Assembly: GCA_965261735.1 (NCBI GenBank)
Contig: OZ253470.1
Span: 2,304,001-2,368,000 of the forward strand
Direction: 5' to 3'
DNA: 64,000 nucleotides
DNA from: Alphaproteobacteria bacterium
Lineage (GTDB): Bacteria; Pseudomonadota; Alphaproteobacteria; SHVV01
Shown: positions 53,622-64,000 of the stretch, one piece after another
Layout: each line of letters begins with the position of its first letter
Numbering within the stretch: position 1 is the first letter of the stretch
Position numbers and translations under genes: made by a program
The notes under the pieces: model-generated
Told to the model about the DNA's origin: nothing
The model's database searches: none
The model's input: only the letters and a program-made list of their open reading frames with translations

Positions 53622-55454
53622 CTAGTCGGGCGCGAAGGTGTTCTTGTAGTCGCGCGCGAGCGCCGGGTCCTGGTCCAGCTTGCGCAGGTAGCAGTCGCCG
53701 ATGGCGAGCGCATCGAGGTCGGTGCCCATGAAGCAGCGGAAGGCATCTTCGGGCGTACACACCATGGGTTCGCCGCGCACGTTGAAGCTCGTGTTGACCA
53801 GGACCGGGCAACCGGTGAGCTCCTTGAAGCGGGTCAGTAGCGCGTGATAGCGCGGGTTGGTTTCGCTGTGCACGGTCTGGATACGGGCCGAGTGGTCGAC
53901 GTGGGTGACGGCCGGGATCGTCGAGCGCGGCACGTTGAGCTTGTCGATGCCGAACAGCGCCTGGTCGGCATTGGTCATGGCGCGGCGCTGTGCCTCCGCG
54001 ACCGCCGCCACGATCAGCATGTAGGGGCTGTCCTCGTCGAGCTCGAACCACTCGGCCGCGTCCTCGCGCGGCACCGAAGGCGCGAAGGGGCGGAAGGACT
54101 CGCGGAACTTGACCTTGAGATTAAGCACCGACTGCATGGTCGGCGAGCGGGCATCGCCGAGGATCGAGCGCCCGCCGAGCGCCCGCGGCCCGAACTCCAT
54201 GCGGCCCTGGAACCACCCGACGGCCTCGCCCGCAGCCAGTGCGCGCGCGCAGGAATCGATGAGCGCCGCATCCTCAAGCACCTCAAACCGCGCTCCCACC
54301 TCGCCGAGCCGCGCCTCGATGTCGTCCTGGGCGAAGCCGGGCCCGAGGAAGGCACCCTGCATGGCGTCGGCACCGTTGGTTTGGCGCGGCGCGCCGTTGA
54401 GCAGGTGGGTCGCGCACAGCGCGGCCCCGAGCGCACCGCCGGCATCGCCCGCCGCGGGCTGGACCCACAGCCGCTCGAACCGGCCGTCGCGCAGGACCTT
54501 GCCGTTGGCGACGCAGTTGAGCGCCACACCGCCTGCGAGGCACAGGTATTTCGCCCCGGTGTCCTCATGGAGCGCCCGGGTGAGGCGCAGAACGACTTCC
54601 TCGCACACGGCCTGGATCGATGCCGCGAGGTCCATGTCGCGCTGCGTCACCAGCGCGGCCGGATCGCGCGCCGGCGCACCGAACAGCGCGTCGAACTTGG
54701 GGTTCGTCATCGCCAGCCCGGTGCAATAGTCGAAATAGGACTGATCGAGGCGGAAGGTGCCGTCGGGCTTGAGGTCGATCAGGTGGTCGAGGATGGTCTG
54801 GGTGTATTTGGGCTCGCCGTAGGGTGCCAGGCCCATGACCTTGTGTTCGCCGGAATTGACCTTGAAGCCCGTGTAATAGGTGAAGGCGGAGTAGAGCAGG
54901 CCGAGCGAGTGGGGGAAATAAATCTCACGCAGCATGTCGAGCCGATTGCCGTGGCCGGCCGCGACCGACGTGGTCGCCCATTCCCCGACCCCGTCCATGG
55001 TCAGTACGGCGGCCTCGTCGAACGGCGAGGGGAAGAAGGCGCTGGCGGCGTGGCTCTGGTGATGCTCGGTGAACAGGAGCTTGGCGCGGGCATCGAAGTC
55101 GGGATCGAAGCGCGCGAGCTCGCTACGCAGCAGCCGCTTCTGGAACAGCTTCTCCTTGAGCCACAGCGGCATCGCCATGCGGAACGAGCGATAGCCCCTG
55201 GGCGCGAACGCCAGGTAGGTCTCGACGAGGCGCTCGAACTTGATGAACGGCTTGTCGTAGAAGGCGACGTGGTCGACGTCGGCGAGCTCGAGGCCCGCGT
55301 GTGCGAGGCAGCTCGCGATGGCGTGCCGGGGAAAGCGGGCATCGTGCTTGCGGCGGGTGAAGCGCTCCTCCTGCGCGGCCGCCACGATGTGCCCGTCCTC
55401 GACGAGCGCGGCGGCGCTGTCGTGATAGAACGCGGAGACGCCGAGGACGCGCAC
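53622..55454 (-). CDS. NodU/CmcH-family carbamoyltransferase
   Basis: YHDSAAA, QEERF, EHH.SHAASAF, GGVALNC, GPRALG and NTSFN motifs. Confidence 0.95.
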   Translation of the reverse strand: MRVLGVSAFYHDSAAALVEDGHIVAAAQEERFTRRKHDARFPRHAIASCLAHAGLELADVDHVAFYDKPFIKFERLVETYLAFAPRGYRSFRMAMPLWLKEKLFQKRLLRSELARFDPDFDARAKLLFTEHHQSHAASAFFPSPFDEAAVLTMDGVGEWATTSVAAGHGNRLDMLREIYFPHSLGLLYSAFTYYTGFKVNSGEHKVMGLAPYGEPKYTQTILDHLIDLKPDGTFRLDQSYFDYCTGLAMTNPKFDALFGAPARDPAALVTQRDMDLAASIQAVCEEVVLRLTRALHEDTGAKYLCLAGGVALNCVANGKVLRDGRFERLWVQPAAGDAGGALGAALCATHLLNGAPRQTNGADAMQGAFLGPGFAQDDIEARLGEVGARFEVLEDAALIDSCARALAAGEAVGWFQGRMEFGPRALGGRSILGDARSPTMQSVLNLKVKFRESFRPFAPSVPREDAAEWFELDEDSPYMLIVAAVAEAQRRAMTNADQALFGIDKLNVPRSTIPAVTHVDHSARIQTVHSETNPRYHALLTRFKELTGCPVLVNTSFNVRGEPMVCTPEDAFRCFMGTDLDALAIGDCYLRKLDQDPALARDYKNTFAPD

Positions 55455-55463
55455 GCGCGGACG

Positions 55464-55613
55464 TCAGAAGATCGTGTAGATGAAGGGGGCCACGGCCGAG
55501 CCCTGGCTCAGCACGACGAGGCCGCCGAACAGCAGCAGCATGGCGAACAGCGGCAGCAGCCAGAACTTCTTGCGCGCCCTGAGGTAGGCCCAAAACTCGA
55601 TCAGGAAGTCCAT
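55464..55613 (-). CDS. DUF5989 (SxtK-like) 49-aa membrane protein, absent from the ORF track
   Basis: MDFLIEFWAYLRARKKFWLLPLFAMLLLFGGLVVLSQGSAVAPFIYTIF. Confidence 0.88.
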   Translation of the reverse strand: MDFLIEFWAYLRARKKFWLLPLFAMLLLFGGLVVLSQGSAVAPFIYTIF

Positions 55614-55799
55614 GCACAGCCCCACCGCCGGCCCGTGGCGCGCCGCGCGAGCCCCGGACGACTGCTACTATACCGCACGGCACCGGTCGGTGCAGCCGCG
55701 GGGCGCGCCACGGGTACGCGTCTGGCGCGCGCGCGGCGAAGGGAGTAAGTTGCGGTGGGCGCGGCAGCTCCGCCCGATGCGGACGATACGCGCGCGATC

Positions 55800-56525
55800 A
55801 TGACCATCTGGGGCAAAATTCTCGGCGGAACCGTGGGCTTCGCGCTCGGCGGTCCGCTCGGTGCGCTGATCGGCGGCTTCGCCGGCCACGCCATCGATCG
55901 CATGCGCGCCGAGCCTGAAAGCCCCGATGCGACCAAGGAGATCGCCTTCACCATCGCCGTTGTCGTCCTCGGGGCCAAGATGGCGAAGGCCGACGGCGTC
56001 GTCACCGACGACGAGGTCGCCGCCTTCAAGCAGGTGTTTCACGTACCGCCCCACGAGATGCGGAACGTCGGTCGCCTGTTCGACCGGGCGCGCCGCGACG
56101 CCCACGGGTTCGAGCCCTACGCGCGCCAGATCGCGGGCCTGTTCAAGGACAACCCGGCCGTGCTCGAGGACCTTCTCGACGGCCTTTTCCATATCGCCAA
56201 GGCGGACAACGTCGTCCACCCCAAGGAGATCGACTACCTGCGCCGGGTCGCCGCCATCTTCGGTTTCGGCGACGCCGCCTTCGCGCGTATCCGCGCGAGC
56301 CATCTCGGACCCGACGAGGCCGATCCCTACGTCGTTCTCGGCGTCGCGCACGAGGTTTCGGACGCGGAGCTGAAAAAAGCCTATCGCCAGCTCATCCGCG
56401 AGAATCACCCCGATGGGCTGATCGCCCAGGGCCTGCCGCAGGAGTTTATCGACGTCGCCAACGACAAGCTGGCGGCGATCAACGACGCCTACGACCGCGT
56501 AAGCGCGCAACGAGGCCTCAAATAG
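55800..56525 (+). CDS. djlA: DjlA co-chaperone (TerB plus J domain)
   Basis: IWGKILGG..GGPLGA, KMAKADG and HPD motifs. Confidence 0.92.
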   Translation: MTIWGKILGGTVGFALGGPLGALIGGFAGHAIDRMRAEPESPDATKEIAFTIAVVVLGAKMAKADGVVTDDEVAAFKQVFHVPPHEMRNVGRLFDRARRDAHGFEPYARQIAGLFKDNPAVLEDLLDGLFHIAKADNVVHPKEIDYLRRVAAIFGFGDAAFARIRASHLGPDEADPYVVLGVAHEVSDAELKKAYRQLIRENHPDGLIAQGLPQEFIDVANDKLAAINDAYDRVSAQRGLK

Positions 56526-56580
56526 CGGTGGTACGGCGTGCACGAACGGCCGCCGCAACGGCCGGCCGCGGGCCGGCGCC

Positions 56581-57468
56581 GTGAAGCCCCGACACATCGG
56601 GCTCGCGATCCTCGTCAACGTCGTCTTTGCCGTCAACGTCATGGCGGGCAAGATCGGCGTCGATCATTTTCCGGCGCTGTTCTTCACCGCGTTGCGGTTC
56701 GCTGTCGTGGCGCTTGCGGTGGCCGCCTTCATGCGCCTCCAGCCCGGGCGCATGGGGCAGCTGGTGCGGCTCGCCATGGTCATCGGCGTTTTTCACTTCG
56801 CGTTCATGTTCATCGGCCTCAAGCTCGCGTCCGGCATCTCGTCCGTGGCCATCGGCGCGCAGTTGTACATCCCGTTCGCGACCCTGCTCGCGGCCGTCTT
56901 TCTCAAGGAAAGGGTCGGGCTGTGGCGCCTGGCCGGTCTCGTGCTCGCGTTCTCGGGGGTGATGTTCATCACCTTCGATCCCAGCGTGTTCGACAACCTG
57001 GTATCGCTCGCGTTCGTCGTGCTCGGCGCTTTGGCGATGGGGGTCGGCGTCATCATGATACGGCGCAGCCATGCCGTCGACGTCGTCAACCTACAGGGCT
57101 GGATCGCCGTCATCTCGGTGCCGCAGCTGCTGATCCTGTCGTTCATCCTCGAGGACGGTCAAATCGAGGCGCTGCGTACCGCCGATGGCATGGTCATCGG
57201 CGCGCTGGCGTTCACGGCCCTGATCGGCACGCTGGTGGGGCATGGCGGCTGGTACCACCTGCTGCGGCGCTACCCGGTCGGCCTGGTAACCCCATTCCTA
57301 CTGCTCGCGCCCGTGTTCGCGGTGATCGGCGGGGTGCTGTTCATGGGCGACCTCTTCGGCTGGGCCATGGTTATCGGCGGCGCGATCACGCTCGCCGGGG
57401 TCGGCATCATCATCGTGCGCGAGGGTGCGGCCGCGGCCCGGCCCGCACCCGCGCCGGGCCGCGGCTAG
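56581..57468 (+). CDS. EamA family transporter
   Basis: About 10 TM; LLRRYP..VTPFLLLAPV motif. Confidence 0.9.
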   Translation: MKPRHIGLAILVNVVFAVNVMAGKIGVDHFPALFFTALRFAVVALAVAAFMRLQPGRMGQLVRLAMVIGVFHFAFMFIGLKLASGISSVAIGAQLYIPFATLLAAVFLKERVGLWRLAGLVLAFSGVMFITFDPSVFDNLVSLAFVVLGALAMGVGVIMIRRSHAVDVVNLQGWIAVISVPQLLILSFILEDGQIEALRTADGMVIGALAFTALIGTLVGHGGWYHLLRRYPVGLVTPFLLLAPVFAVIGGVLFMGDLFGWAMVIGGAITLAGVGIIIVREGAAAARPAPAPGRG

Positions 57469-57480
57469 AGCTACGCCCGC

Positions 57481-58191
57481 GTGATCGAGCGCGCCTCGCC
57501 CAACCACGATGCGCGGCCCGCGCGGCCTGCGGGCGCCGCGATCGACATGTTGATCTTGCACTACACCGGGATGCCCGATACCGACGGTGCGTTGGCGCGG
57601 CTGTGCGACCCGGCAGCCAAGGTGAGCGCCCATTATCTCATCGACGAGGACGGCACCTCGTATCGGCTTATTTCCGAGGAACGGCGCGCCTGGCACGCCG
57701 GCGTGGCGAGGTGGGCCGGAGCGGCCGACGTCAACGGCCGCTCGATCGGGGTCGAGCTCGCCAATCCCGGGCACGAGTGGGGCTACCGGCCGTTTGCCGA
57801 GGCGCAGATGGCGGCGCTGGTGGATCTCGCCCGCGACATCCTCGCGCGCCATCCGATCCCTCCGCGCCACGTGCTCGGGCACGCGGACGTGGCGCCGAGC
57901 CGGCGCATGGACCCGGGTGAACTGTTCGATTGGCGCCGGCTCGCCGCCGCCGGCATCGGCCTGTGGCCGCGCGCGGAGCTGGCGCCGGCGGCCGAATACG
58001 GAGCCGGCGAGCTGCAGCGCAAGCTCGCGCGCTTCGGCTACGCGCTCGCGCCCTCGGGCACCCACGACGCCGAGACGACGGCCGTCGTCACGGCCTTTCA
58101 GCGCCACTTCAGGCAGGACCATATCGACGGCGTCGCCGATGCCGACACCCGCGCCCGCCTCGACGATCTGATTCGCCAGATCTCGTTATGA
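57481..58191 (+). CDS. N-acetylmuramoyl-L-alanine amidase (AmpD/AmiD-like) with PG-binding domain
   Basis: SPNHD, LHYTGM, VSAHY, AWHAG, DPGELF and AFQRHF motifs. Confidence 0.93.
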   Translation: MIERASPNHDARPARPAGAAIDMLILHYTGMPDTDGALARLCDPAAKVSAHYLIDEDGTSYRLISEERRAWHAGVARWAGAADVNGRSIGVELANPGHEWGYRPFAEAQMAALVDLARDILARHPIPPRHVLGHADVAPSRRMDPGELFDWRRLAAAGIGLWPRAELAPAAEYGAGELQRKLARFGYALAPSGTHDAETTAVVTAFQRHFRQDHIDGVADADTRARLDDLIRQISL

Positions 58192-58266
58192 GGCCGCGCT
58201 TCCACACCCGGGATCGCAATCGCTTCGCCCCTTGACCGGGGTTCGGGCGGTCGCTACGTACAATGG

Positions 58267-58699
<433 letters not shown>

Positions 58700-58733
58700 G
58701 CTTTGCCTGCAACGGGCCGAGGGAGTCGGAGAA

Positions 58734-59279
58734 ATGGCGAAAGTATCGAAGTCGGCACGCATCGGCCGCCCCGCGGGCGAGGTGTGGGCGCTCATCCGCG
58801 GCTTCAACGATCTACCGAAATGGCTGCCCGGCGGCGCCACCTCGACGATGGAGGGCGAGGGCGTCGGCGCCGTGCGCACGCTCGTCGGGCATGGCCGGGT
58901 CAAGGAACGCCTCGACGCCTACGATGAGGCGGGGCGCACCTTCTCCTACAGCATCGTCGAAGGAACGCTACCGGTTGCGGGCTACGCGAGCACCATGCGC
59001 GTGATCGCCGAGGGCGACGATGCGTGCATCGTGGAATGGTGGAGCACGTTCGAGCCCGACGGCGCGCCCGAGGCCGAGGTCGTCGCCGACATCGAGGCCC
59101 TCTACGACCGAGGCCTCGCCGGCATCAAGGACACCCTAGTCTCCGAACGTTCTTGCGGCATGGTTTATGACCGGACAGACTCGCTTATCGAGCGAGGTCC
59201 ACGCCTGGTCGAGGTCTTGAAGGACTTAGTCACATCATGGAAGCGTGGCGATTTGCGCGGGAGGCTCACCAATGACTAA
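58734..59279 (+). CDS. SRPBCC/polyketide cyclase-2 family protein; tail after about 59138 probably foreign
   Basis: VWALIR.F..LPKWLP, GVGAVR and FSYSIV..LPV motifs; composition shifts near 59138. Confidence 0.8.
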   Translation: MAKVSKSARIGRPAGEVWALIRGFNDLPKWLPGGATSTMEGEGVGAVRTLVGHGRVKERLDAYDEAGRTFSYSIVEGTLPVAGYASTMRVIAEGDDACIVEWWSTFEPDGAPEAEVVADIEALYDRGLAGIKDTLVSERSCGMVYDRTDSLIERGPRLVEVLKDLVTSWKRGDLRGRLTND

Positions 59280-59573
59280 GATTCGTGCCTTTGTGGGCCA
59301 TAGTTTTGTTGATGACGATGCAGGAGTCGTAGGTAAGTTCCTATTGTACTTTGACCAATTGTCAAAATCGAGTTTGGATTTCTCATGGGAACATGCCGAA
59401 GCTGCAGAGCCTAAGGCTCTGGCTGAAAAGGTGATGCGCCTCATGTCAGATAAGGATGTTTTTGTGGGGATTTGCACCAGGAGAGAACGCGCGATTTCTC
59501 CTGCATCTCTTAAGCCAACGTTGCTTAGATCCAATGTCCTGAAGGCACAGGAGAAGGAGTTCTCTCTCTTGGA
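59272..59573 (+). pseudogene. TIR-like nucleotide-binding domain fragment, low GC, cut by IS
   Basis: MTKIRAFVGHSF...LAEKV..LMSDKDVFVGICT. Confidence 0.55.
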
Positions 59574-61228
59574 GGGTGCGAGTCTCGCATGGCAGTGATG
59601 TCTGCGGCTTGGTTCGTTGAGTTCAGGCAGCGATTGCCATGGCTGCTGCACGTGGACTGATGTTGTCGTTGGCCGGTGTGTCGGTTGCGCTGATCAGGGC
59701 CTTCCATGCGCGCTCGAAGCGGCCGGATTTGATCAGGGCGCGGAAGGTCAGAACAGCCTGTCCGCCGACGATCCGCCAGCGCATGCCGGAGCGCTTCATG
59801 CGCTGTGTCACCAGGGATCTTGTTGGCAGCCTCGACCACGCCTGAGCCGATGGCGATGCCCTCTTCCTTCAGGGCGTGGTAGCGCATGCGATGGCGATGC
59901 TTGCGGAAGAAGGCGAGTTCCCGCTCGGTCTCGGCCCGGTCCGGCGCAGCGGCGGCATCGCGAAGGTGGCGCAGCGCCCGGATCACCTTGGCGACGCCAC
60001 GGGGATCGTGACGGAGGATCTCGCGGTACTTCTCGAACCAGCCGGGCGCCACGGCATGGTCGGACGCGGTTTGCAGATGTTCGCAAGCATGCCAGAAGTC
60101 GATCACCTCGGTTTCGGGCGACAGGGTCTCCAGGAAGGTCCAGTTGTCGGCGGCGCCATCGGCGATAGCGACGATCCCGATCTCGGGGCGTGCTCGCCTG
60201 ATGTGTGCGACTTCGCTTGCAAGCTGCGCCTTCAGCGTGAGCTTGCCGCTCTCCGGCATGGGGCCGAGATAGAGGGTCTTCAGGCGCTTGCCCTCGGCGT
60301 CGTGGAAGGAGACCGTGCCGCAGGCGGCCTCGCGCCAGGAGGCCTTGGCGCGACCGTCCTCGCCGGGTCTCAGCGACACCATGACGCCGTCGAGGGAGAC
60401 CGAGGCGGTGGTCGCGTCCTGCGGTATGCCCTCGGCCTCACGGATGCTGCCCAGCGTCTCCGGGCCGAGGCTCTCCCAGCATTCGTGCATGCTCAGGGTC
60501 AGGCGCTCACCGACGGCGTCATGGCGCCGGTCTTCGCAAAGAACGCCGCCGCTTCCCGGGCCGTGCAGCGACCCATCATCAGCAGACCGAGCTCGGCCGC
60601 CGGCCGCGTCAGGTAATCGTCGACGAGGCCCAGGCTCTCGTCGACCGGCACCGGCGATGCCCCGCTCGCGCCGCTGCGGTAACGCGCTCGCCGGTAGGTC
60701 ACCGGACCGAGCGAGGTCATGATCGTCTTCGGCGTCACCGCGACCCGGAACCAGCTCTGCCCGTCCCGCTCGATCCGGGAAGCGCCATCGTCCCGGTTCT
60801 CGATGACGGCGCCCATGACATCGCGAGCGAACTCGTTCGTGGCCTCACGCACCCGCAACTCGACCTCCTCGGGCGCCTCGGGGCGCGGCTCGGAACGAAG
60901 CTCCTCGCGACACAGTGCGAGCACCCGGGCGGCCGCCTCGACGACCCGAGGAGGCAGGCCGGAAAGATCGATGGACGAAGGCGCCGGAGGCGGGGATACT
61001 GCCATGGGAATGCTCCCGATGTTGGGTTTCGAGACACGGCATCGTACCGCTTCTGGCGGTGCGGAGCGTTCCCACCTTCCCCTGCTCGACCCTGCCGTCG
61101 TGACAAAATCCTGCCTTGGAGCGGCCCATTGTCACGAATAGCCGTTTTCGGCCGTTCGTCTCGACACAAAAACGCACTAAATCAATGACTTAGATTTTCC
61201 ATACCAGACCCATACCAGACCCACACCC
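59574..61228 (-). mobile_element. ISKra4-type IS with frameshifted transposase (61005 to 59623)
   Basis: VSLDG, ADGA.DNW, DFWHACEHL and IGSGVVEAA..RMKRSGMRW motifs; short imperfect TIRs GGGTGCGAGTCT / AGACCCACACCC; two frameshifts. Confidence 0.85.
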
Positions 61229-61975
61229 GATGCACCCCACCGGGACCAGCGGAACCGCGAGCTCGCCGCCCCCGATCTGCTCCGTTCTCGTCGGTGAACA
61301 GTCCGCCGGGGCGGCGGTCTTCAGGTTGCCAAACTCGACCCGGGAATAGACGTTCGATTTAATGACTCCAACAAAACCCTTAGGGATGTTGGTAACCTCG
61401 AATGTTTCCACGTCCCACAGGTAAAGGTTCATGCGGTACTTCCCGGGGGTGAGCACCGAAGTTTGTGGTCCCTTTTGGCCCCCACCAAGGTTCAGGAAGT
61501 AGGTCGCATCACTGACCATCCTGGCGGTTGCACCGGCCGCAAAGGGGTCGGCGTAGGTCTGGTCCGGACGCATCGGTCGGCCGTCGACGGCAACAATGTA
61601 CCCGTAGCGGTCCTCCGGAATCTCGACCAACTGCCTCACGTCCACTTCGTAGAAGACGTTTAGGAACGGCTCGAAGTGGAACCCCGGGGGCAGAATGTCG
61701 GCCTGCGGACTCTTTTCGCCATTGGTGGCGATGATCGCACCCGCCTCGAGGTTACCGCCGAAATAGATCTTGTGCCTCAGGCCGGTCTCATCCTCACCTA
61801 CAAAGACATACGAAGTAGAGGCCACAATCAAGAGGATGAGAAGAACGCCGACAACTCGCACTCCCTGACGAACCGCCTGAGCCAAGTCCTGCCGCGCCGG
61901 ATCAGTTGTCGTGATGAACCGCGGTCCAAGAACGACGAGAATTGCGGCAATGATGGCGAGTAGGATTGTGAGCAT
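61229..61975 (-). pseudogene. SPFH/flotillin-like membrane protein, 3'-truncated by IS
   Basis: Two N-terminal TM helices; PQADILPPG, GQKGPQ..LTPGKYRMN and GFVGV motifs. Confidence 0.75.
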
Positions 61976-62098
61976 AGCCAACTCCCGTATCCGCGAGTTT
62001 AAGCGGAATAGCGCCAACGTTCACTGCATGGACACAGGTGTCCTCATCGCGTACGACAGCGCCCTGAAGGGCGCCGAAGAGGCAGTGCCGGCAACCGC

Positions 62099-62746
62099 CT
62101 AGCCCGCCCCCACGTCGTCGGGGGAGCGCGCGAGGGCCACGCCGACCAGAGAATCGCGGGTGACGAGCTTGGCGAGCTCCGCTTCGGAGAAGCCCTCCGT
62201 GCCCTCGGGACGCAAGGGGATGACGATGTAGCGCATGTCGGCGGTCGAGTCGGCGACGCTGAGCTCCACGTTCGCGGGCAGCTCGGTGCCGAACTCACGC
62301 AACACGCCGCGCGGGTTGATGACGACGCGCGATCGGTAGGCCCGGCTCTTGTACCACGCGGGCGGAATGCCGAGCAGCTTGCGCGGGTAGCACGAGCACA
62401 GCGTGCAGACGATGACGTGGTGGCGCTCGGGCGTGTCCTCGAGAGCGATCAGGCCGGGCGAGTTGCTGAGGTCGATGCTCAGGCTCTCGGCCGCCGCCTT
62501 GGCATCGGCCAGCAGGAAGCGCTTGAACTCGGGATCGACCCAGGCCCGCGCCACCACCTTGGCGCCGAGCGCTGGGGTGCGCGATTCCATGTCGGCGATC
62601 TGCCGGGTGATATCGACCGCCGTGAGGTGGCCGCCCTCGATGAGGAGCTCGCGCACCGCCTGCTCGAGGATCTCGTAGGGCCCCGGTGGACCACCGCCTT
62701 CGTCGACCGCCTCGTGCGCGTGGCCGTGGCTCGCCGCATCCGCCAT
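62099..62746 (-). CDS. Nitrile hydratase alpha / thiocyanate hydrolase gamma-like subunit (Co-type)
   Basis: GAKVVARAWVDP, VCTLCSCYP, PPAWYKS..YRSR and DSTADMRY..P.RP.GT motifs. Confidence 0.95.
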   Translation of the reverse strand: MADAASHGHAHEAVDEGGGPPGPYEILEQAVRELLIEGGHLTAVDITRQIADMESRTPALGAKVVARAWVDPEFKRFLLADAKAAAESLSIDLSNSPGLIALEDTPERHHVIVCTLCSCYPRKLLGIPPAWYKSRAYRSRVVINPRGVLREFGTELPANVELSVADSTADMRYIVIPLRPEGTEGFSEAELAKLVTRDSLVGVALARSPDDVGAG

Positions 62747-62756
62747 TACCGGCGCC

Positions 62757-63041
62757 TCACGACAGCTCCAGCCAGTGCTCGTAGATGTCGGCGACCAGCG
62801 AATCGCGCACCGCGGCGGGGTAGCCGGACCACAGGTCCGCCTGATCGAAACGCACCCGATAGAGCTCGATCTTGGGCAGGCCGGGCCTATGGTAGGCGAG
62901 CTCCTCGGGGTTGCGGTACGCGCCGAGGTCGCTCTCGATCACGCCGTTGCGGCCGCGCAGATAGTAGGGCGTGCGGCAGTGGCCCTCGTGCTCGCGGGTC
63001 ATGACCCGCACCCGGTCGCCGGCCTTGTAACGCGCCGCCAT
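62757..63041 (-). CDS. Nitrile hydratase beta C-terminal SH3-like subunit (ScnA-like)
   Basis: GDRVRV, GHCRTPYYLRG, LYRVRFDQ..LW and DIYEHWLE motifs. Confidence 0.9.
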   Translation of the reverse strand: MAARYKAGDRVRVMTREHEGHCRTPYYLRGRNGVIESDLGAYRNPEELAYHRPGLPKIELYRVRFDQADLWSGYPAAVRDSLVADIYEHWLELS

Positions 63042-63373
63042 CAGCCCGCGGCCCCGGTCGCGTGTTCGGCCACGATACGGGCCTCGATTTCGGCCACGCG
63101 CTTCTCGAGCGCCTTAGGGTTGATCAGTCCCTTCTCCAGGACCAGACGCTTGATCGATTCCATCCACAGCTCGTAGTAGGACAGGCTCTTGTACATTTCT
63201 TCCGGGACGGTCTCCATGACGCGGCGCTGGGCGTCGACGGCAAAGTGCGAGCGCGGCGGGTCGGCAAGCAGGCGCAGCAGGGCATCGACACGCTTCTCGA
63301 AGAAGGTGAGCTCGTGCTCGCTCGTGTCGATGGCGCCGGCTTCGCGCCCGCCGAGATCGCTCTGTGCCCGCAT
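63041..63373 (-). CDS. Nitrile hydratase beta N-terminal subunit (ScnB-like)
   Basis: DLGG, FEKRVDAL, RR..E...Y..LSYYE.W and LEKG motifs. Confidence 0.88.
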   Translation of the reverse strand: MRAQSDLGGREAGAIDTSEHELTFFEKRVDALLRLLADPPRSHFAVDAQRRVMETVPEEMYKSLSYYELWMESIKRLVLEKGLINPKALEKRVAEIEARIVAEHATGAAG

Positions 63374-63524
63374 CGCTCCACCCTAAGACGAATGCGTTCG
63401 AGTATAGGTTTGCGGCCGCCGGGGCACAACGACTCGGCGGTGGACGGCGCGCCGGGTTCGGCCCTACTGTTGCCCCACGAGGGAGGCTCGGCCGCGCCGG
63501 GCGCCAGCCGGAGGGGGGGCGACA

Positions 63525-64000
63525 ATGACCACGGCGCGTTTCGAGGGCCAGGACAAGGCCATGAAGAGCGCCGGCTACGGCGAGCGCCTCGGCTTCGGCG
63601 AGCGCCCGGCCCTTCTGATCGTCGATATCACCCGCGGCTTCACCGAGAAGCGCTACAAGTTCGCGTGCGACATGGACGGCCCCGTCGAGGCCAACAACCG
63701 CCTCATCGCGGCGGCGCGCCCCAAGGGCGTGCCGATCGTTTTCACCACCGTTTGGTACGATGACCCCGATTTCGCCGATGCCGGCATCTGGGGGATCAAG
63801 CTCAAGGGTGCGCACGAGCTCCGCGCCGGCTCGCCCGCCGTCGAGATCGACCCACGGCTCGACCGGCGACCGGGCGATGCCCTGCTGATGAAGAAGTACG
63901 CGTCGAGCTTCTTCGGCACCGACCTGTCCTCGCGCCTGGTTTCGCAGCGTATCGACACGGTTATCATCACGGGCGCCTCCACGAGTGGCTGCGTCCGCGC
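63525..64000 (+). CDS. Isochorismatase-family cysteine hydrolase (amidase-like), runs off window
   Basis: Manual translation: MTTARF..GFGERPALLIVD..KKYASSFFGTDL..TGASTSGCVR (Asp-Lys-Cys triad). Confidence 0.92.
   Translation, partial: MTTARFEGQDKAMKSAGYGERLGFGERPALLIVDITRGFTEKRYKFACDMDGPVEANNRLIAAARPKGVPIVFTTVWYDDPDFADAGIWGIKLKGAHELRAGSPAVEIDPRLDRRPGDALLMKKYASSFFGTDLSSRLVSQRIDTVIITGASTSGCVR

Noticed and set aside
53622-55613. Saxitoxin or Nod-factor biosynthesis
   Set aside because: Only the widespread carbamoyltransferase/DUF5989 module is present; no sxtA, sxtG or nodABC.
61200-61221. 11-bp tandem CATACCAGACC x2
   Set aside because: Lies within the IS terminus; likely a subterminal repeat or slippage rather than a separate feature.
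59146-62032. AACGTTC...GCATGG at both ends of the foreign segment as att sites
   Set aside because: Short and gapped, so it could be chance; no integrase is present.

Overview
High-GC alphaproteobacterial (Rhodospirillales-like, inferred from gene content and synteny) chromosomal window. It carries a complete coenzyme F420 biosynthesis operon (npdG-cofE-cofD-cofC-fbiC) facing an LLM oxidoreductase, and many catabolic genes: tandem VOC dioxygenase-like proteins, MmgE/PrpD, an amidinotransferase, a Rieske oxygenase, three CsgA-like SDRs, 5-oxoprolinase, and a three-subunit Co-type nitrile/thiocyanate hydrolase with a divergent amidase. Housekeeping blocks are carB-greA-lrp-ELM1-trxB-lysR, mlaAC, sahR-metF-metH and djlA-eamA-amidase-rnpB. 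The region is being eroded: three IS1595 (ISSod11-group) copies, one IS256 and one ISKra4-type element all lack target-site duplications and abut truncated genes, including a decapitated bufferin-like DUF692-DUF2063-DoxX cluster and a TIR-like fragment. Several genes also carry nonsense or frameshift lesions. The most notable unexplained structure is a family of C/G-rich hairpin-plus-tail repeats. It occurs as three free intergenic inverted doublets and also, in the opposite relative orientation, flanking a DUF559 endonuclease gene. That cassette lies between two copies of the first 44 bp of carB, suggesting a REPIN-like mobile system served by a DUF559 nuclease. All calls come from reading motifs by eye; no database searches were run.
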